64,000 nucleotides of DNA from Macrostomum lignano (Eukaryota), in contig NIVC01002056.1 of the NCBI GenBank assembly GCA_002269645.1, positions 62,001 through 126,000 of the forward strand, written 5' to 3'. The translations under genes and the position numbers were made by a program. This document shows, piece after piece, positions 49,630-62,790 of this stretch. Every line of letters begins with the position of its first letter. Position 1 is the stretch's first letter. Under the pieces are notes generated by a model. That model searched no databases. It had not been told where the DNA came from and was given only the letters and a program-made list of their open reading frames with translations.

Positions 49630-52600
49630 GGGATCAGGGAGGCTGGCCCAGAACTGAGGATCTGGGAGGCTGGCCCAGCAACTGGGGATCTGGGAGGCTG
49701 GCCCAGCAACTGAGGATCTGGGAGGCTGGTTCAGCAACTGAGGATCTGGGAGGCTGGCCCAGCAACTGGGGATCTGGGAGACTGGCCCAGCAACTGAGGA
49801 TCTGGGAGACTGGCCCAGCAACTGGGGATCTGGGAGGCTGGTTCAGCAACTGAGGATCTGGGAGGCTGGCCCAGCAACTGGGGATCTGGGAGACTGGCCC
49901 AGCAACTGAGGATCTGGGAGACTGGCCCAGCAACTGGGGATCTGGGAGGCTGGTTCAGCAACTGAGGATCTGGGAGGCTGGCCCAGCAACTGGGGATCTG
50001 GGAGACTGGCCCAGCAACTGAGGATTTGGGAGGCTGGCCCAGCAACTGGGGATCTGGGAGGCTGGCCCAGCAACTGACACTCTGGGAGGCTGGCCCAGCA
50101 ACTGACACTCTGGGAGGCTGGCCCAGCAACTGGGGATCTGGGAGGCTGGCTCAGCAACTGGGGATCTGGAAGGCTGGCCCAGCAACTGACACTCTGGGAG
50201 GCTGGCCCAGCAACTGACACTCTGGGAGGCTGGCCCAGCAACTGGGGATCTGGGAGGCTGGCCCAGCAACTGGGGATCTGGGAGGCTGGCCCAGCAACTG
50301 ACACTCTGGGAGGCTGGCCCAGCAACTGACACTCTGGGAGGCTGGCCCAGCAACTGACACTCTGGGAGGCTGGCCCAGCAACTGACACTCTGGGAGGCTG
50401 GCCCAGCAACTGACACTCTGGGAGGCTGGCCCAGCAACTGGGGATCTGGGAGACTGGCCCAGCAACTGAGGATCTGGGAGGCTGGCCCAGCAACTGGGGA
50501 TCTGGGAGGCTGGCCCAGCAACTGAGGATCTGGGAGGCTGGCCCAGCAAATGGGGATCTGGGAGGCTGGCCCAGCAACTGACACTCTGGGAGGCTGGCCC
50601 AGCAACTGGGGATCTGGGAGGCTGGCCCAGCAACTGGGGATCTGGGAGGCTGGCCCAGCAACTGGGGATCTGGGAGAATGGCCTAGCAACTGACACTCTG
50701 GGAGGCTGGCCCAGCAACTGAGGATCTGGGAGGCTGGCCCAGCAACTGAGGATCTGGGAGGCTGGCCCAGCAACTGGGGATCTGGGAGGCTGGTTCAGCA
50801 ACTGAGGATCTGGGAGGCTGGCCCAGCAACTGGGGATCTGGGAGGCTGGCCCAGCAACTGGGGATCTGGGAGGCTGGCTCAGCAACTGGGGATCTGGGAG
50901 GCTGGCCCAGCAACTGACGATCTGGGAGGCTGGCCCAGCAACTGGGGATCTGGGAGGCTGGCCCAGAACTGAGGATCTGGGAGACTGGCCCAGCAACTGG
51001 GGATCTGGGAGGCTGGCCCAGCAACTGACACTCTGGGAGGCTGGCCCAGCAACTGAGGATCTGGGAGGCTGGCCCAGCAACTGGGGATCTGGGAGGCTGG
51101 CCCAGCAACTGAGGATCTGGGAGACTGGCCCAGCAACTGGGGATCTGGGAGACTGGCCCAGCAACTGAGGATCTGGGAGGCTGGCCCAGCAACTGACACT
51201 CTGGGAGGCTGGCCCAGCAACTGGGGATCTGGGAGACTGGCCCAGCAACTGAGGATCTGGGAGGCTGGCCCAGCAACTGGGGATCTGGGAGACTGGCCCA
51301 GCAACTGGGGATCTGGGAGGCTGGCCCAGCAACTGAGGATTTGGGAGGCTGGCCCAGCAACTGGGGATCTGGGAGGCTGGCCCAGCAACTGGGGATCTGG
51401 GAGGCTGGCTCAGCAACTGGGGATCTGGGAGACTGGCCCAGCAACTGGGGATCTGGGAGGCTGGCCCAGCAACTGAGGATTTGGGAGGCTGGCCCAGCAA
51501 CTGGGGATCTGGGAGGCTGGCTCAGCAACTGGGGATCTGGGAGACTGGCCCAGCAACTGGGGATCTGGGAGACTGGCCCAGCAACTGAGGATCTGGGAGG
51601 CTGGCCCAGCAACTGACACTCTGGGAGGCTGGCCCAGCAACTGAGGATCTGGGAGGCTGGCCCAGCAAATGGGGATCTGGGAGGCTGGCCCAGCAACTGG
51701 GAATCTGGGAGGCTGGCCCAGCAACTGAGGATCTGGGAGGCTGGCTCAGCAACTGGGGATCTGGGAGGCTGGCCCAGCAACTGGGGATCTGTGAGGCTGG
51801 CTCAGCAACTGGGGATCTGGAAGGCTGGCCCAGCAACTGACACTCTGGGAGGCTGGCCCAGCAACTGGGGATCTGGGAGAATGGCCCAGCAACTAGGGAT
51901 CTGGGAGACTGGCCCAGCAACTGAGGATCTGGGAGGCTGGCCCAGCAACTGACACTCTGGGAGGCTGGCCCAGCAACTGACACTCTGGGAGGCTGGCCCA
52001 GCAACTGACACTCTGGGAGGCTGGCCCAGCAACTGAGGATCTGGGAGGCTGGCCCAGCAACTGACACTCTGGGAGGCTGGCCCAGCAACTGGGGATCTGG
52101 GAGGCTGGCCCAGCAACTGAGGATCTGGGAGGCTGGCCCAGCAACTGAGGATCTGGGAGGCTGGCCCAGCAACTGAGGATCTGGGAGGCTGGCCCAGCAA
52201 CTGGGGATCTGGGAGACTGGCCCAGCAACTGGGAATCTGGGAGGCTGGCCCAGCAACTGAGGATTTGGGAGGCTGGCCCAGCAACTGGGGATCTGGGAGA
52301 CTGGCCCAGCAACTGGGGATCTGGGAGGCTGGCCCAGCAACTGACACTCTGGGAGGCTGGCCCAGCAACTGAGGATCTGGGAGGCTGGCCCAGCAAATGG
52401 GGATCTGGGAGGCTGGCCCAGCAACTGGGAATTTGGGAGGCTGGCCCAGCAAATGAGGATCTGGGAGGTTGGCCCAGCAACTGGGGATCTGGGAGGCTGG
52501 CCCAGCAACTGGGGATCTGGGAGGCTGGCCCAGCAACTGGGGATCTGGGAGGCTGGCTCAGCAACTGGGGATCTGGAAGGCTGGCCCAGCAACTGACACT

Positions 52601-52888
52601 CTGGGAGGCTGGCCCAGCAACTGGGGATCTGGGAGAATGGCCCAGCAACTAGGGATCTGGGAGACTGGCCCAGCAACTGAGGATCTGGGAGACTGGCCCA
52701 GCAACTGGGGATCTGGGAGACTGGCCCAGCAACTGGGGATCTGGGAGAAATGCCCAGCAACTGGGGATCTGGGAGGCTGGCCCAGCATTTGTGGATCTGG
52801 GAGACTGGCCCAGCAACTGAGGATCTGGGAGGCTGGCCCAGCAACTGGGGATCTGTGAGGCTGGCTCAGCAACTGGGGATCTGGGAGG
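49630..52888. repeat. 28-bp minisatellite (G[G/A]GGATCTGGGAGGCTGGCCCAGCAACT and variants), about 116 copies
   Basis: Direct observation; source of all LLGQPP ORFs. Confidence 0.97.
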
Positions 52889-53162
52889 CCCCAAAATTTT
52901 ATCTTAGCTTGGGAAGAAAGTTAGCTGAACAGTACAGGAAGTGGAAATGAAAATAACAGTTTCAATTTTTCTGCAAGCTCTAAAGCCACTACTTTAAATA
53001 GTCAAGCATTGAGAAGGCGAAGCATGTTTAACAGCTATGCTCGGTGAAAAAATGAAAAATATACTTTTTCTGCGGTCGAAACGGTTCTTTTACAACTATA
53101 AATTCCTTTTCAATTGGCTCGCATTAAAACATATTGCCATACTGGCAGTGCTGCAATTGTTG

Positions 53163-56100
53163 CTAGGCAACGGTAGCACCAGTTTTCCATCTTGACGCCT
53201 GCGCCGCCGCAGGCGGGGCGGTGGCCGCCAGTGGGAAGTAGGGGTAGCTGGGCGCCCACTGGCTTCTGGCGTTGAAGCTCCTGCCCTCCTCTTTGTCGAT
53301 TTCCACTCGGCCGAACATGCACTCGGCGTAGCTGGGCGGCGCTGCAATGCAAGGCGGAGCAATTCCTGTTTTTTATTGGGATCTTAGCACTTCTACAATA
53401 GAATCTGAGCACTCTACAATAGAATCTGAGCACTCTACAATAGAATCTGAGCACTCTACAATAGAATCTGAGCACTCTACAATAGAATCTGAGCACTCTA
53501 CAATAGAATCTGAGCACTTCTACAACCGAATCTGAGCACTCTACAATAGAATATGAGCACTTCTACAATAGAATCTGAGCACTCTACAATAGAATCTGAG
53601 CACTCTACAATAGAATCTGAGCACTCTACAATAGAATCTGAGCACTCTACAATAGAATCTGAGCACTCTACAATAGAATCTGAGCACTTCTACAACCGAA
53701 TCTGAGCACTCTACAATAGAATATGAGCACTTCTACAATAGAATCTGAGCACTTCTACAATAGAATCTGAGCACTCTACAATAGAATCTGAGCACTCTAC
53801 AATAGAATCTGAGCACTCTACAATAATATCTGAGCACTCTACAATAGAATCTGAGCACTCTACAATAATATCTGAGCACTCTACAATAGAATCTGAGCAC
53901 TCTACAATAATATCTGAGCACTCTACAATAGAATCTGAGCACTCTACAATAATATCTGAGCACTCTACAATAATATCTGAGCACTCTACAATAGAATCTG
54001 AGCACTTTACAATAATATCTGAGCACTCTACAATAGAATCTGAGCACTCTACAATAATATCTGAGCACTCTACAATAGAATCTGAGCACTCTACAATAAT
54101 ATCTGAGCACTCTACAATAGAATCTGAGCACTCTACAATAATATCTGAGCACTCTACAATAATATCTGAGCACTCTACAATAGAATCTGAGCACTCTACA
54201 ATAATATCTGAGCACTCTACAATAGAATCTGAGCACTCTACAATAATATCTGAGCACTCTACAATAGAATCTGAGCACTCTACAATAATATCTGAGCACT
54301 CTACAATAATATCTGAGCACTCTACAATAGAATCTGAGCACTCTACAATAATATCTGAGCACTCTACAATGGAATGTGAGCACTCTACAATAATATCTGA
54401 GCACTCTACAATAGAATCTGAGCACTCTACAATAATATCTGAGCACTCTACAATAATATCTGAGCACTCTACAATAGAATCTGAGCACTCTACAATAATA
54501 TCTGAGCACTCTACAATAGAATCTGAGCACTCTACAATAATATCTGAGCACTCTACAATAATATCTGAGCACTCTACAATAGAATCTGAGCACTCTACAA
54601 TTCTTCGTTCAGTGAAAAACAGCTGATGGAAAGCCATATGCTGTAAGTACACTGACATGCTTTCGCGCCTGTGCACCGGTATTTATTAGAGAAGCGAAAT
54701 CTGAAGCTGATTGGCAACGATGATTTCTTATCGTTTGATCGAACGTACAAGGCTTTGTTGGTCAAATCGCTTCAGCAAAAAAAGGCTGTAGGCAGCGGTC
54801 CAAAGTACTGTCCAATTGACGACAAAGACTTCAACCGCCTACGCCTCTATTTCGATCGTTCGACGCCAGCTTGACTGCAATTTGAAGTTCTGTTCAAGAT
54901 TGTTTATGGCTTTGGTTTTTGCGGCAGGGAGTGGCTGCGAGAGTTGACTAAAGCCGATGTGAAAATTTACGAGCATGACGGTGTTCGCTATGTGGACCTG
55001 CTGAAGACATCTATCGAAAAAACTGTGTCTGATAGTAATCCGTCGACATCTAAGAGCTTTATCTTAGCCGAGACACCGGATTATCCAGGCTCATGTCCTG
55101 TACGGGCGATTGAGTTGTATCTGTGGGTCATTCCAGAAGATGTTGCCTGTCTCTGGCCCAAGCCTTTGAATCAAGCCGACAAAGACGGTATGTGGTACCA
55201 CAAGACCCTGGTGCTTGGTAAGAATTGGTAAGATCAGGCTGGTCTGAGTTGCCGTTCCCACACAAATCATTGCATTCGAGCGTTGGTAGTGTCAAACCTT
55301 ATCGAAGATGAAGTCACTAGATCAGACATTCAAGTCGTAACCGGCCACAAAAGAATCGAGAGTGTGGACCTCTACAACAAGAGAATGAAGTTCTCGAAGA
55401 AGGTTGATCTATCAAACACTATTAGTCGTCGACTGGCTGTTCCAGGCCGGTCTGAAACAAGCTTTACCGCATCGAACACGTCGGTTGTATCGACTGGAGA
55501 CGTAATCGAGAGATCGGCTACCGACTGCTCGACTAGCTCTGTAGCGCCGACTAAGAACTCATTCACGAGATCAGCTACCAACTACTCTATTGCAGTCGGC
55601 AGTTCACAGAGTGCAAGCTCACTGTTTGGAAATTGCAAGTTTGAAAATTGTACGTTTAACTTTAATCAATCAAACTAAGGTCAGGAGGTATACCGCGTGA
55701 GAAATCTAAAGACTGTCAATGGACTATATATCTAATGTTTATCTCATGTTAATGTTAATATCTAATATTAGCTGAAAATATACACATAGTTTCTTTGTGC
55801 CCACTTGGGGCCATAGACAACTTTTGCTGGCGGGCAGACATCGTAGCTTTCACCCTCGTTTCGGCAGGCTTAGGACTGCTACAATACAATCTGAGCACTC
55901 TACAATAGAATCTGAGCACTTTACAACAGAATATGAGCACTCTACAATAGAATCTGAGCACTTTACAACAGAATATGAGCACTCTACAATAGAATATGAG
56001 CACTCTACAATACAATCTGAGCACTCTACAATAGAATCTGAGCACTCTACAATACAATCTGAGCACTCTACAATAGAATCTGAGCACTCTACAAAGGAAT

Positions 56101-59100
56101 CTCAGCACTCTACAATGGAATCTGAGCACTCTACAATAGAATCTGAGCACTTCTACAATACAATCTCAGCACTCTACAATGGAATCTGAGCACTCTACAA
56201 CAGAATCTGTGCACTTCTACAATAGAATCTGGGCACTTCTAAAATAGAATCTGAGCACTCTACAATAGAATCTGAGCGCTCTACAATAGAATCTGAGCAC
56301 TTCTGCAATAGAATCTGAGCACTCTACAACAGAATCTGTGCACTCTACAATAGAATCTGAGCACTCTACAAAGGAATCTCAGCACTCTACAATGGAATCT
56401 GAGCACTCTACAACAGAATCTGTGCACTTCTACAATAGAATCTGGGCACTTCTAAAATAGAATCTGAGCACTCTACAATAGAATCTGAGCGCTCTACAAT
56501 AGAATCTGAGCACTCTCATTAGGGTCTGAGCATTCTCATTAGGGTCTAAGCACTCTCTTAAGTTAAAGAAGAATCGCCGAAGATTCAGGCGATCGCTCAT
56601 CTTTGATAGCTTACGCGGAATAACCTGGCCACCAGGCTGCGGCTGCTGTTTGATGACGTCACTCATTGGCGCCGTTGGCAGCGGCGGTGGCATTCCGAAA
56701 GTCGACCAGAGCGGCACGCTGCCGATCAGCAGCTCGCAGCACTCTTTCTTCACCGACAGGCAGCAGCCGCCGTCTGCGTTTAGCTGGACACAGGATGAAA
56801 AAATGTACGAGTGCACTTTGATTGCTACTGATGTACTTTTGATGGCACTCGTGTACTTTTAACGGTACTGATGTACTTTTGACGGTACTAGTGTACTTTT
56901 AACGATCCTGATGTACTTTTGGTACTAAATTGGTGAATGTTACTAAAAAACTTATAACGTTACTGGTGTACTTCTCATGAAATTGAGTACATTTATAATA
57001 GTACAGATACATGTAATTTAAATTTCTAATGTTAATATGATACACTTTCAAGATAAGCGAGGTCGGCAATAAGCTTTTATTCGTTCCTTTAGAATCAGAT
57101 TACTTGATAAAAATAACTTCTAAATAGTAATTTCAACCTACTCGAAAGTAGTAGTGCACGCGTATATTGTTGCAGCCTTCAATGTGCGAACTGGGCACGG
57201 GGTTGACCGGCAGAAGATGGTTGAGCTGCATCGACTGGCCCTGCTCAATGCCGGACAGGCTGACAGAGGACGCCACGCGGGACGAAGTTTTGCGCTTGCT
57301 GGGCGTTATGAATATGCTTTGCTGCAATGGCGGGATGGAATGTAGGAACTTGGGTTAGTTAAGTGAAATTATGTCAGAAATCGATGCTAGTCCTGTACTC
57401 TACAACTCACTTGAACGTTACAGAATTCAAAACAGTATTTCTTTTTACAAACAGAATACTCTGTGCTTGATTGTGCACAGGGTCAGGTGGGCTAACGCCC
57501 CCAACTGCCCCTGTCCTTCCCCCGCCCTCCGCAGGGCCCTGCTTGGACTCAACCGCAGGGACATCAGGGCGGTAACCATGGGCCCTCTCGGGTCCGCTAC
57601 CTGAGGGCTACAGGGCGAGCGACAATCCACTCCTGGACTCTCCTGAGGGGGACCATGCTGCACCACCGGATTTCCCTGCGCGACACCGCAGCACCAGGGG
57701 TTAAGCGGAATGGGCGGTGACGCCTCCCCCTGTATCCGGAGCCCCATGCAGCCAAGTCAAGTGCTTAACTTTTTACAAGCCTTGATGTGTTGGACTTCAT
57801 AGATCCTCTACTAAACTGAATAATCAGACATCAGACAACAAAACAAAGACTGCAGGATTAAAAGCCCTGGTCATCTGGTCTCTGCTCTGTTCTGGATAAT
57901 TGCTGAGAATCATAACCTCCCCACTTTACGATATGCTCATTCTATCTCTGCAACTTGTGAACTTTTGGTTAAAAAAAGGTGAAGCTGTAGACTGTAGGTT
58001 AAACAAGTTAGCCAGACCTGATAAATCTCCAGGTTGACGCTCTCCAAGTTGGTCTTGCTGGTATTGCAGATCTCACCAGTGATGTGCACCTGTTCTCCTG
58101 GCACGTAGCCTTTCTTAGGCAGGGCTACGCTGACTCTAACTTTGCCACAGCAACAATTGAAGCAATAACAGCACTTTACGTCAAAATCCTCCTCGGATTT
58201 GAACGGTCCAACCTCGTCGGGTAGGCGAATGTTCAAGTCTAAGTCGCGAATAACGGTGAAATTTTTTTTGGTGTAGTCGTCAAACTTCCATGGCCGATCA
58301 ATTTTAGCCTTGATCTCATAGCGAATTCGACCGATGCCGGATTCGAATGACGATGGAGCAGTCGGCGGTAGTTGAAACGTCACTGGGTAGATGTACTCCC
58401 CAGCTGGGTGGTGCTCCGCCGAGGGGCCCACAGTCTCGGGAGCTGTTAAGGCGGCGGGCACAACAAGGATGTGCAGCTGCGCGAATGACTAATAGACCAA
58501 TAGATACTGTAGCTATTGACACTATACCGATACAAGGTGACGTAAAAAATGCAATCTGCTCAACTATAACAATTTTAGCATGGTTAAAACTCCGCTTCGA
58601 TCACAAGCACATGGCGTTCGTCCGACAGTCTAGCATATGGTACACGATTCTGGGACTGATCTTGCTCCTCCGCAGCAGTTGCAAAGTAAAATATAGAGGT
58701 GAAAATATAGAGCCGCTATGGACCAAATTGATGCTTGTCGGATTGTTAAAAAGCAGAAAGCTTTAGGGTCCTAAATTCAACTGAAATTCTGAATTCGTAA
58801 TCATTTATGCTGAAATAACGACCGCTCTGAAAGTTTTTCATTAAACAATCGCTGTGCGTAAGATACAATGACGTTGCATAGTAGGTAACGGACCGTTACC
58901 TGCTATACAATCCACCATTACTTTCACAAGCATATCTTGGATTAAGTGCCTGAGCGGTAAGAAACTGAACTAAATTCCCTATTTTATCCCTAATTATTCC
59001 TTTACTCAGTCCAAATTTAGGCAAACCACAAAACAAGGCCGACTGTCTTCTCTTGTCTGCTATCCTCTACCGGTTACTCCTCCTTCCTCTCTGCTAGTTC

Positions 59101-60783
59101 AACCCTTTTTACTATAGAATGAGTGAAGCAAAACGCTTATTTCTTGAAAAACCGAATCGAAGACTCGGAGGACGAAAATCCCACGAGCTAAAAATGCTTG
59201 TATTTATAGCCGCTTGGAGCGAGGTTGCGGTGCGCGGGGTAGGTTGTAACAAAAATCAATTTAAACAAAGTTTTCTTCACGTTAATAAATTTTCCGTCTA
59301 TAACAACATATAATCCACTTTAACAAATATCGTTGACTTAAACAAAATATCCGATTCAAACAAATTATTTACGTAACTAAAGGATGTTTTTAGCGGAGAT
59401 TCAAAATAGGGCGTGCCTTACTAGTAAATTTTCATAATTATTCATAATTAGTCTTTTCAACCTTAAAAATTTTTTGAAGCCGCTTTGGATTTTTTGCTAG
59501 TTTACATGTACTAAATTTTGCGCACTCATATGGCAAATCTGATCTTCCCAAAGAGGAATCATTGATTAATGTAAATTTGCTTGCTGCAAATATAGACTTG
59601 AACATATTCCCTTTGAATTTCCAATACGGAAGTTACATACAAGCAAAAATTGACAATTCAAACAGATCTCACTGTAAATAGCCACTTTCTGATCGATGTA
59701 AACTTCCTCAGATCTGTAGTGCACCGTTTCAGTTCGACGGTTGTTGCCAGATCCGGTTGACCTGCTCTCGGTCCAGTGTACGTAAGAATTGCCGAATAGC
59801 TTAACGTATATCGCTGGAGTAGATAAGTGTTGGGTGTGATTACTAAATTACGCTAAGCTGACTTAATTTCAGATGGAGGTCCAATCATTTCGAGATTGGG
59901 GGGTTGTAAAGTCGATTGCAAGTATGAAAAGATTTGAAAATGTTCGCTTTCCAAAACACAAGTGTTGTACGAGTATAACAATCAGATTGTATCAGGAAGA
60001 TTTTTAGCTAAACCTCGATACGCTAAACTAAAGCAGAAAGATTGTAATAATTATAATAATGATAATTGATTACACCCACCCCAATTGGGCCAGACGTGTA
60101 ACCGACAGCTCAGCCGCAGCTATTGCAGGCGCATCTGAAGGCTGCGTACGGCTGTTCAGTTCAAAGACTGGGGGGTCGCCACACACCTCAATTACCCCAG
60201 CTAATGCTGGTGCCCATTTTACAGCTGAATGAACTGAAGCAATACAGAGTTAAGTGTCTTGCTTAAGGACACAAACTGTTCCAGTGGGATCAGGAATTGA
60301 ACCCCCCGACCTTCAAGTCGTGAGTCTGACGCTCTAACCACTAGGCTACAACCCCTACTAGAAGGATTGTACACTGATCGATCACTGATCCTCACAACTG
60401 CGAAAGAAGCAAGCATGTTTCTTTTGCGTAAAGTTGATTCAAAAGTTTTCGATATAAAATTAGTAATTATTTTGGTTAATCAGTACAGACATTTCGTGTA
60501 TAGTAGTAAAAAAGGAAAATACGAGTATTCTATCGCCCCTATTAAATTTGTAAGCTTGTAAGTGCAACAGCCTTCTATGTTTGTTTTTAAATATTAAAAG
60601 CATGTAAAAATGAAATGTTTTATAATTTATTGTAGCTTGAAACAGTGTGTACCAACCTCTGCACTTGACAGGCTCGGTCAGTCTCAGGTGAACCTGGAAT
60701 GCGATGGTCTGACCGGAGCGGTACACAGCCTGTGGATTCACCTCGGCATCGTCGAATACAATGTCGAATATTTCCACTTTCAT
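53163..60783 (-). CDS. Alpha-arrestin (ARRDC-like) copy D, six exons, intact, 406 aa
   Basis: Exons 60783-60657, 59813-59673, 58442-58018, 57321-57142, 56783-56615, 53341-53163. GT-AG, phase-consistent, 1221 nt to TAG. Motifs PSSFESGIGRIRY, CCYCFNCCCG, KKGYVPGE, PPSY, WAPSYPYF. Confidence 0.93.
53383..54601. repeat. 21-bp minisatellite (GAGCACTCTACAATAGAATCT), left block, arrestin D intron 5
   Basis: Direct observation. Confidence 0.96.
54602..55878 (+). mobile_element. Decayed Crypton-type (tyrosine recombinase) DNA transposon, 5'-truncated
   Basis: ORFs 54671-54874, 54944-55231 and 55283-55678 are one frame broken by TGA 54872 and TAA 55229. Catalytic motifs FGFCGRE (R), HTNHCIR (HxxR), TGHK (H) and downstream Y. 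Upstream DGKPY..STLTCFRA in a shifted frame; C-terminal FENCTFNF. Confidence 0.88.
55879..56550. repeat. Same 21-bp minisatellite, right block
   Basis: Same unit as 53383-54601, more degenerate. Confidence 0.95.
56815..56925. repeat. Short degenerate 20-bp tandem repeat (GTACTGATGTACTTTT[A/G]ACG), about 6 copies, arrestin D intron 4
   Basis: Direct observation. Confidence 0.75.
57484..57745 (+). mobile_element. Possible degraded 3' fragment of a non-LTR retrotransposon
   Basis: GC-rich island in an AT-rich intron. Reads RRALLGLNRRDIRAVTM-(shift)-ALSG, reminiscent of the segment preceding the C-terminal zinc knuckle of I/Loa/R1-type ORF2. Recognition from memory only. Confidence 0.35.
60042..60355 (-). 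mobile_element. CORE-type tRNA SINE, copy 4 (intron 1 of arrestin D, sense to the gene)
   Basis: Matches copy 1; A box TAGCCTAGTGG, B box GGTTCAATTCC, AT-rich tail. Confidence 0.88.
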
Positions 60784-62790
60784 TATAGCGATTGTAGTTT
60801 GGCGAGAGCATGAAATTTCAGGCAAGGTGAATCAATATGCTGCAGTCCCACGGGTGTGCTAGGGAAAGGCGGGAGTGTGTCGGGTGGCCTATGCTCATGA
60901 AATATTGGCCTAAGCGCTGCAGATATATCGAGGGGTGGACGGTTTTCAAAGTGGGACTGCAAACATCCAACTTGCGGTTCCGCTCTCTCTCTTTCTAACC
61001 CCTTTGAACTAGCTTTGGATGCCTCTTTCTCACTGACCAATCAACCGTTTGCATTCATGGTTTCTAAGGTTTTATCCTTGAGCTGCTGGGCAGACTTTTC
61101 CCTTGATCGAACGGTTTTTTGAGAATAAGACTGAAAAATTTCCGGCAAAACAACCAGGGAGGACTGGGTGCAGCTGCTAGCGGTTCATAAAAGCGGAAGA
61201 TTTGAGAGCTTCCCTACTCCAAAACTCTACCCTGGCTGAGCTAAATTATACCGTATAAGACTACTGTCGGGCGCATCCAGGCACTAAACAGTTCAGTTCT
61301 TAGTTCGGGCTTCTAGAATGCCCCAAACTCAAACACAAAACGAGGGGATAGAAAAAATGCCGACTTCCTCATTCGCCCTCTTGCTCCCCTTCCCACGGAG
61401 TCGAATTTTCATTCACCCCTATCCCCAACTCTCCTTGATTTGCATTTCTCTGGTCTCTCGTGCCCCATATAACTGATTGGCACGGGTGGTCAAAAACCAC
61501 CCGGATCAAAGATTGGACCACCGCGGTGCAGCCCCCAAGCCATGGAGTTCTCATAAATTATCGGAAGAGATCGTCTAGTCTAGGCTCACTCCTAACCAGA
61601 TTCTAGCTCTGAAACTCCATAAACGAAGCTTCCGTTACTAATTCTCTTACAGAGGAGAGAAAGGGAGGCAGACAGAAACGCGCAGTAGAGAAGGAATCTA
61701 CAGCCAGAGAAATGCGAGAGCATCTAGATGCATGCCAATTTCTCGCGCAGGGGAGAAAATATTACTCAGTTCTGCGTGGAAATTTTTTGTACAAGAAAAA
61801 TATGGTTCCCCGTCTTTTTGGCTGCTCGGCTGCTATGGCTGCCCGCGGCAATGCAAAAGAATATTGAAGAGTAGTTCAGAGAGTGTAAAAGAGAGAGAGA
61901 GACACTGGGTGAACGCACAGCGCTATTAAAGCAAAGTCAGCCGTCTAAGCGCACCCCATGTTAGCCTGTACAGACAGTCAATGCAGTGCAAACAGTTAAA
62001 GTCGAATTAATCGTACGCGCCTGCAACACATGCAGACAAAGCGAAAGGCGGAGCCGCAGAAGTGTACCAAATGCACCCTGACTTGAACTATTACTTCCAG
62101 GCAACCCAGACAGCCAACAGAATAAATCATTGGTACACAATTTCAACCATCAATTTTGTTATATTTCACCAACCGCAGCTACTGAGAGTAATGTAAGTAG
62201 AGGCAAAAGCAGAAAACTCGTCATTGATAATGTTTCTCAGAATTTAGATAAATATTACGTATTCACAGCTGGAATAATTGGAATTTAAGAACCTGCCACA
62301 ACTGCTTTACCTTCAACTGCTTCGGGTGAAAAGCACTAAAAAACATAATGAAAATTTTGTTAATAAAAATAACAATCCAAATCAAAAAGCCACAATAACG
62401 GATCTTTGGTTAGTAAGAAACGCAGTTTCAAATTGAAACTGTGCAGTTAAGGACACATTGTATAAACGATAGTACTGTATACAGATTGTACAAACAATTC
62501 CAACAAGATTAAGCCATAAAAAACGATGAAAACTCAATCGGTCTATATAAGAGAGAAGAGCTGAATATAAAAAGTATAATGCTTGAATAAAACATCACCA
62601 CTAAACGACAATACCGAAAAATACCCAAAAGCTACCTTCCACATAGAAATGGTGCCTATCTGAGTATTCGGGAATAACTGCAGAAGAAAAAAACCACATA
62701 CTCGTAAACTTAGTGAAGTCTCAGTAATTCAAAGACAGACTCATAAAGACATTAATCATCCAGGGTGGTAGCAGGATACAAATTGCGACC

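Noticed and set aside
49600-52950. Many LLGQPP ORFs up to 449 aa
   Set aside because: 28-bp array open in all three minus frames.
53711-54676. IVECSD / YCRVLR Cys-rich ORFs
   Set aside because: 21-bp intronic minisatellite, open in multiple frames.
61481-61501. Hairpin CGGGTGGT-CAAAA-ACCACCCG as terminator or Helitron end
   Set aside because: No U-tract or correctly spaced CTRR end, and no partner feature.
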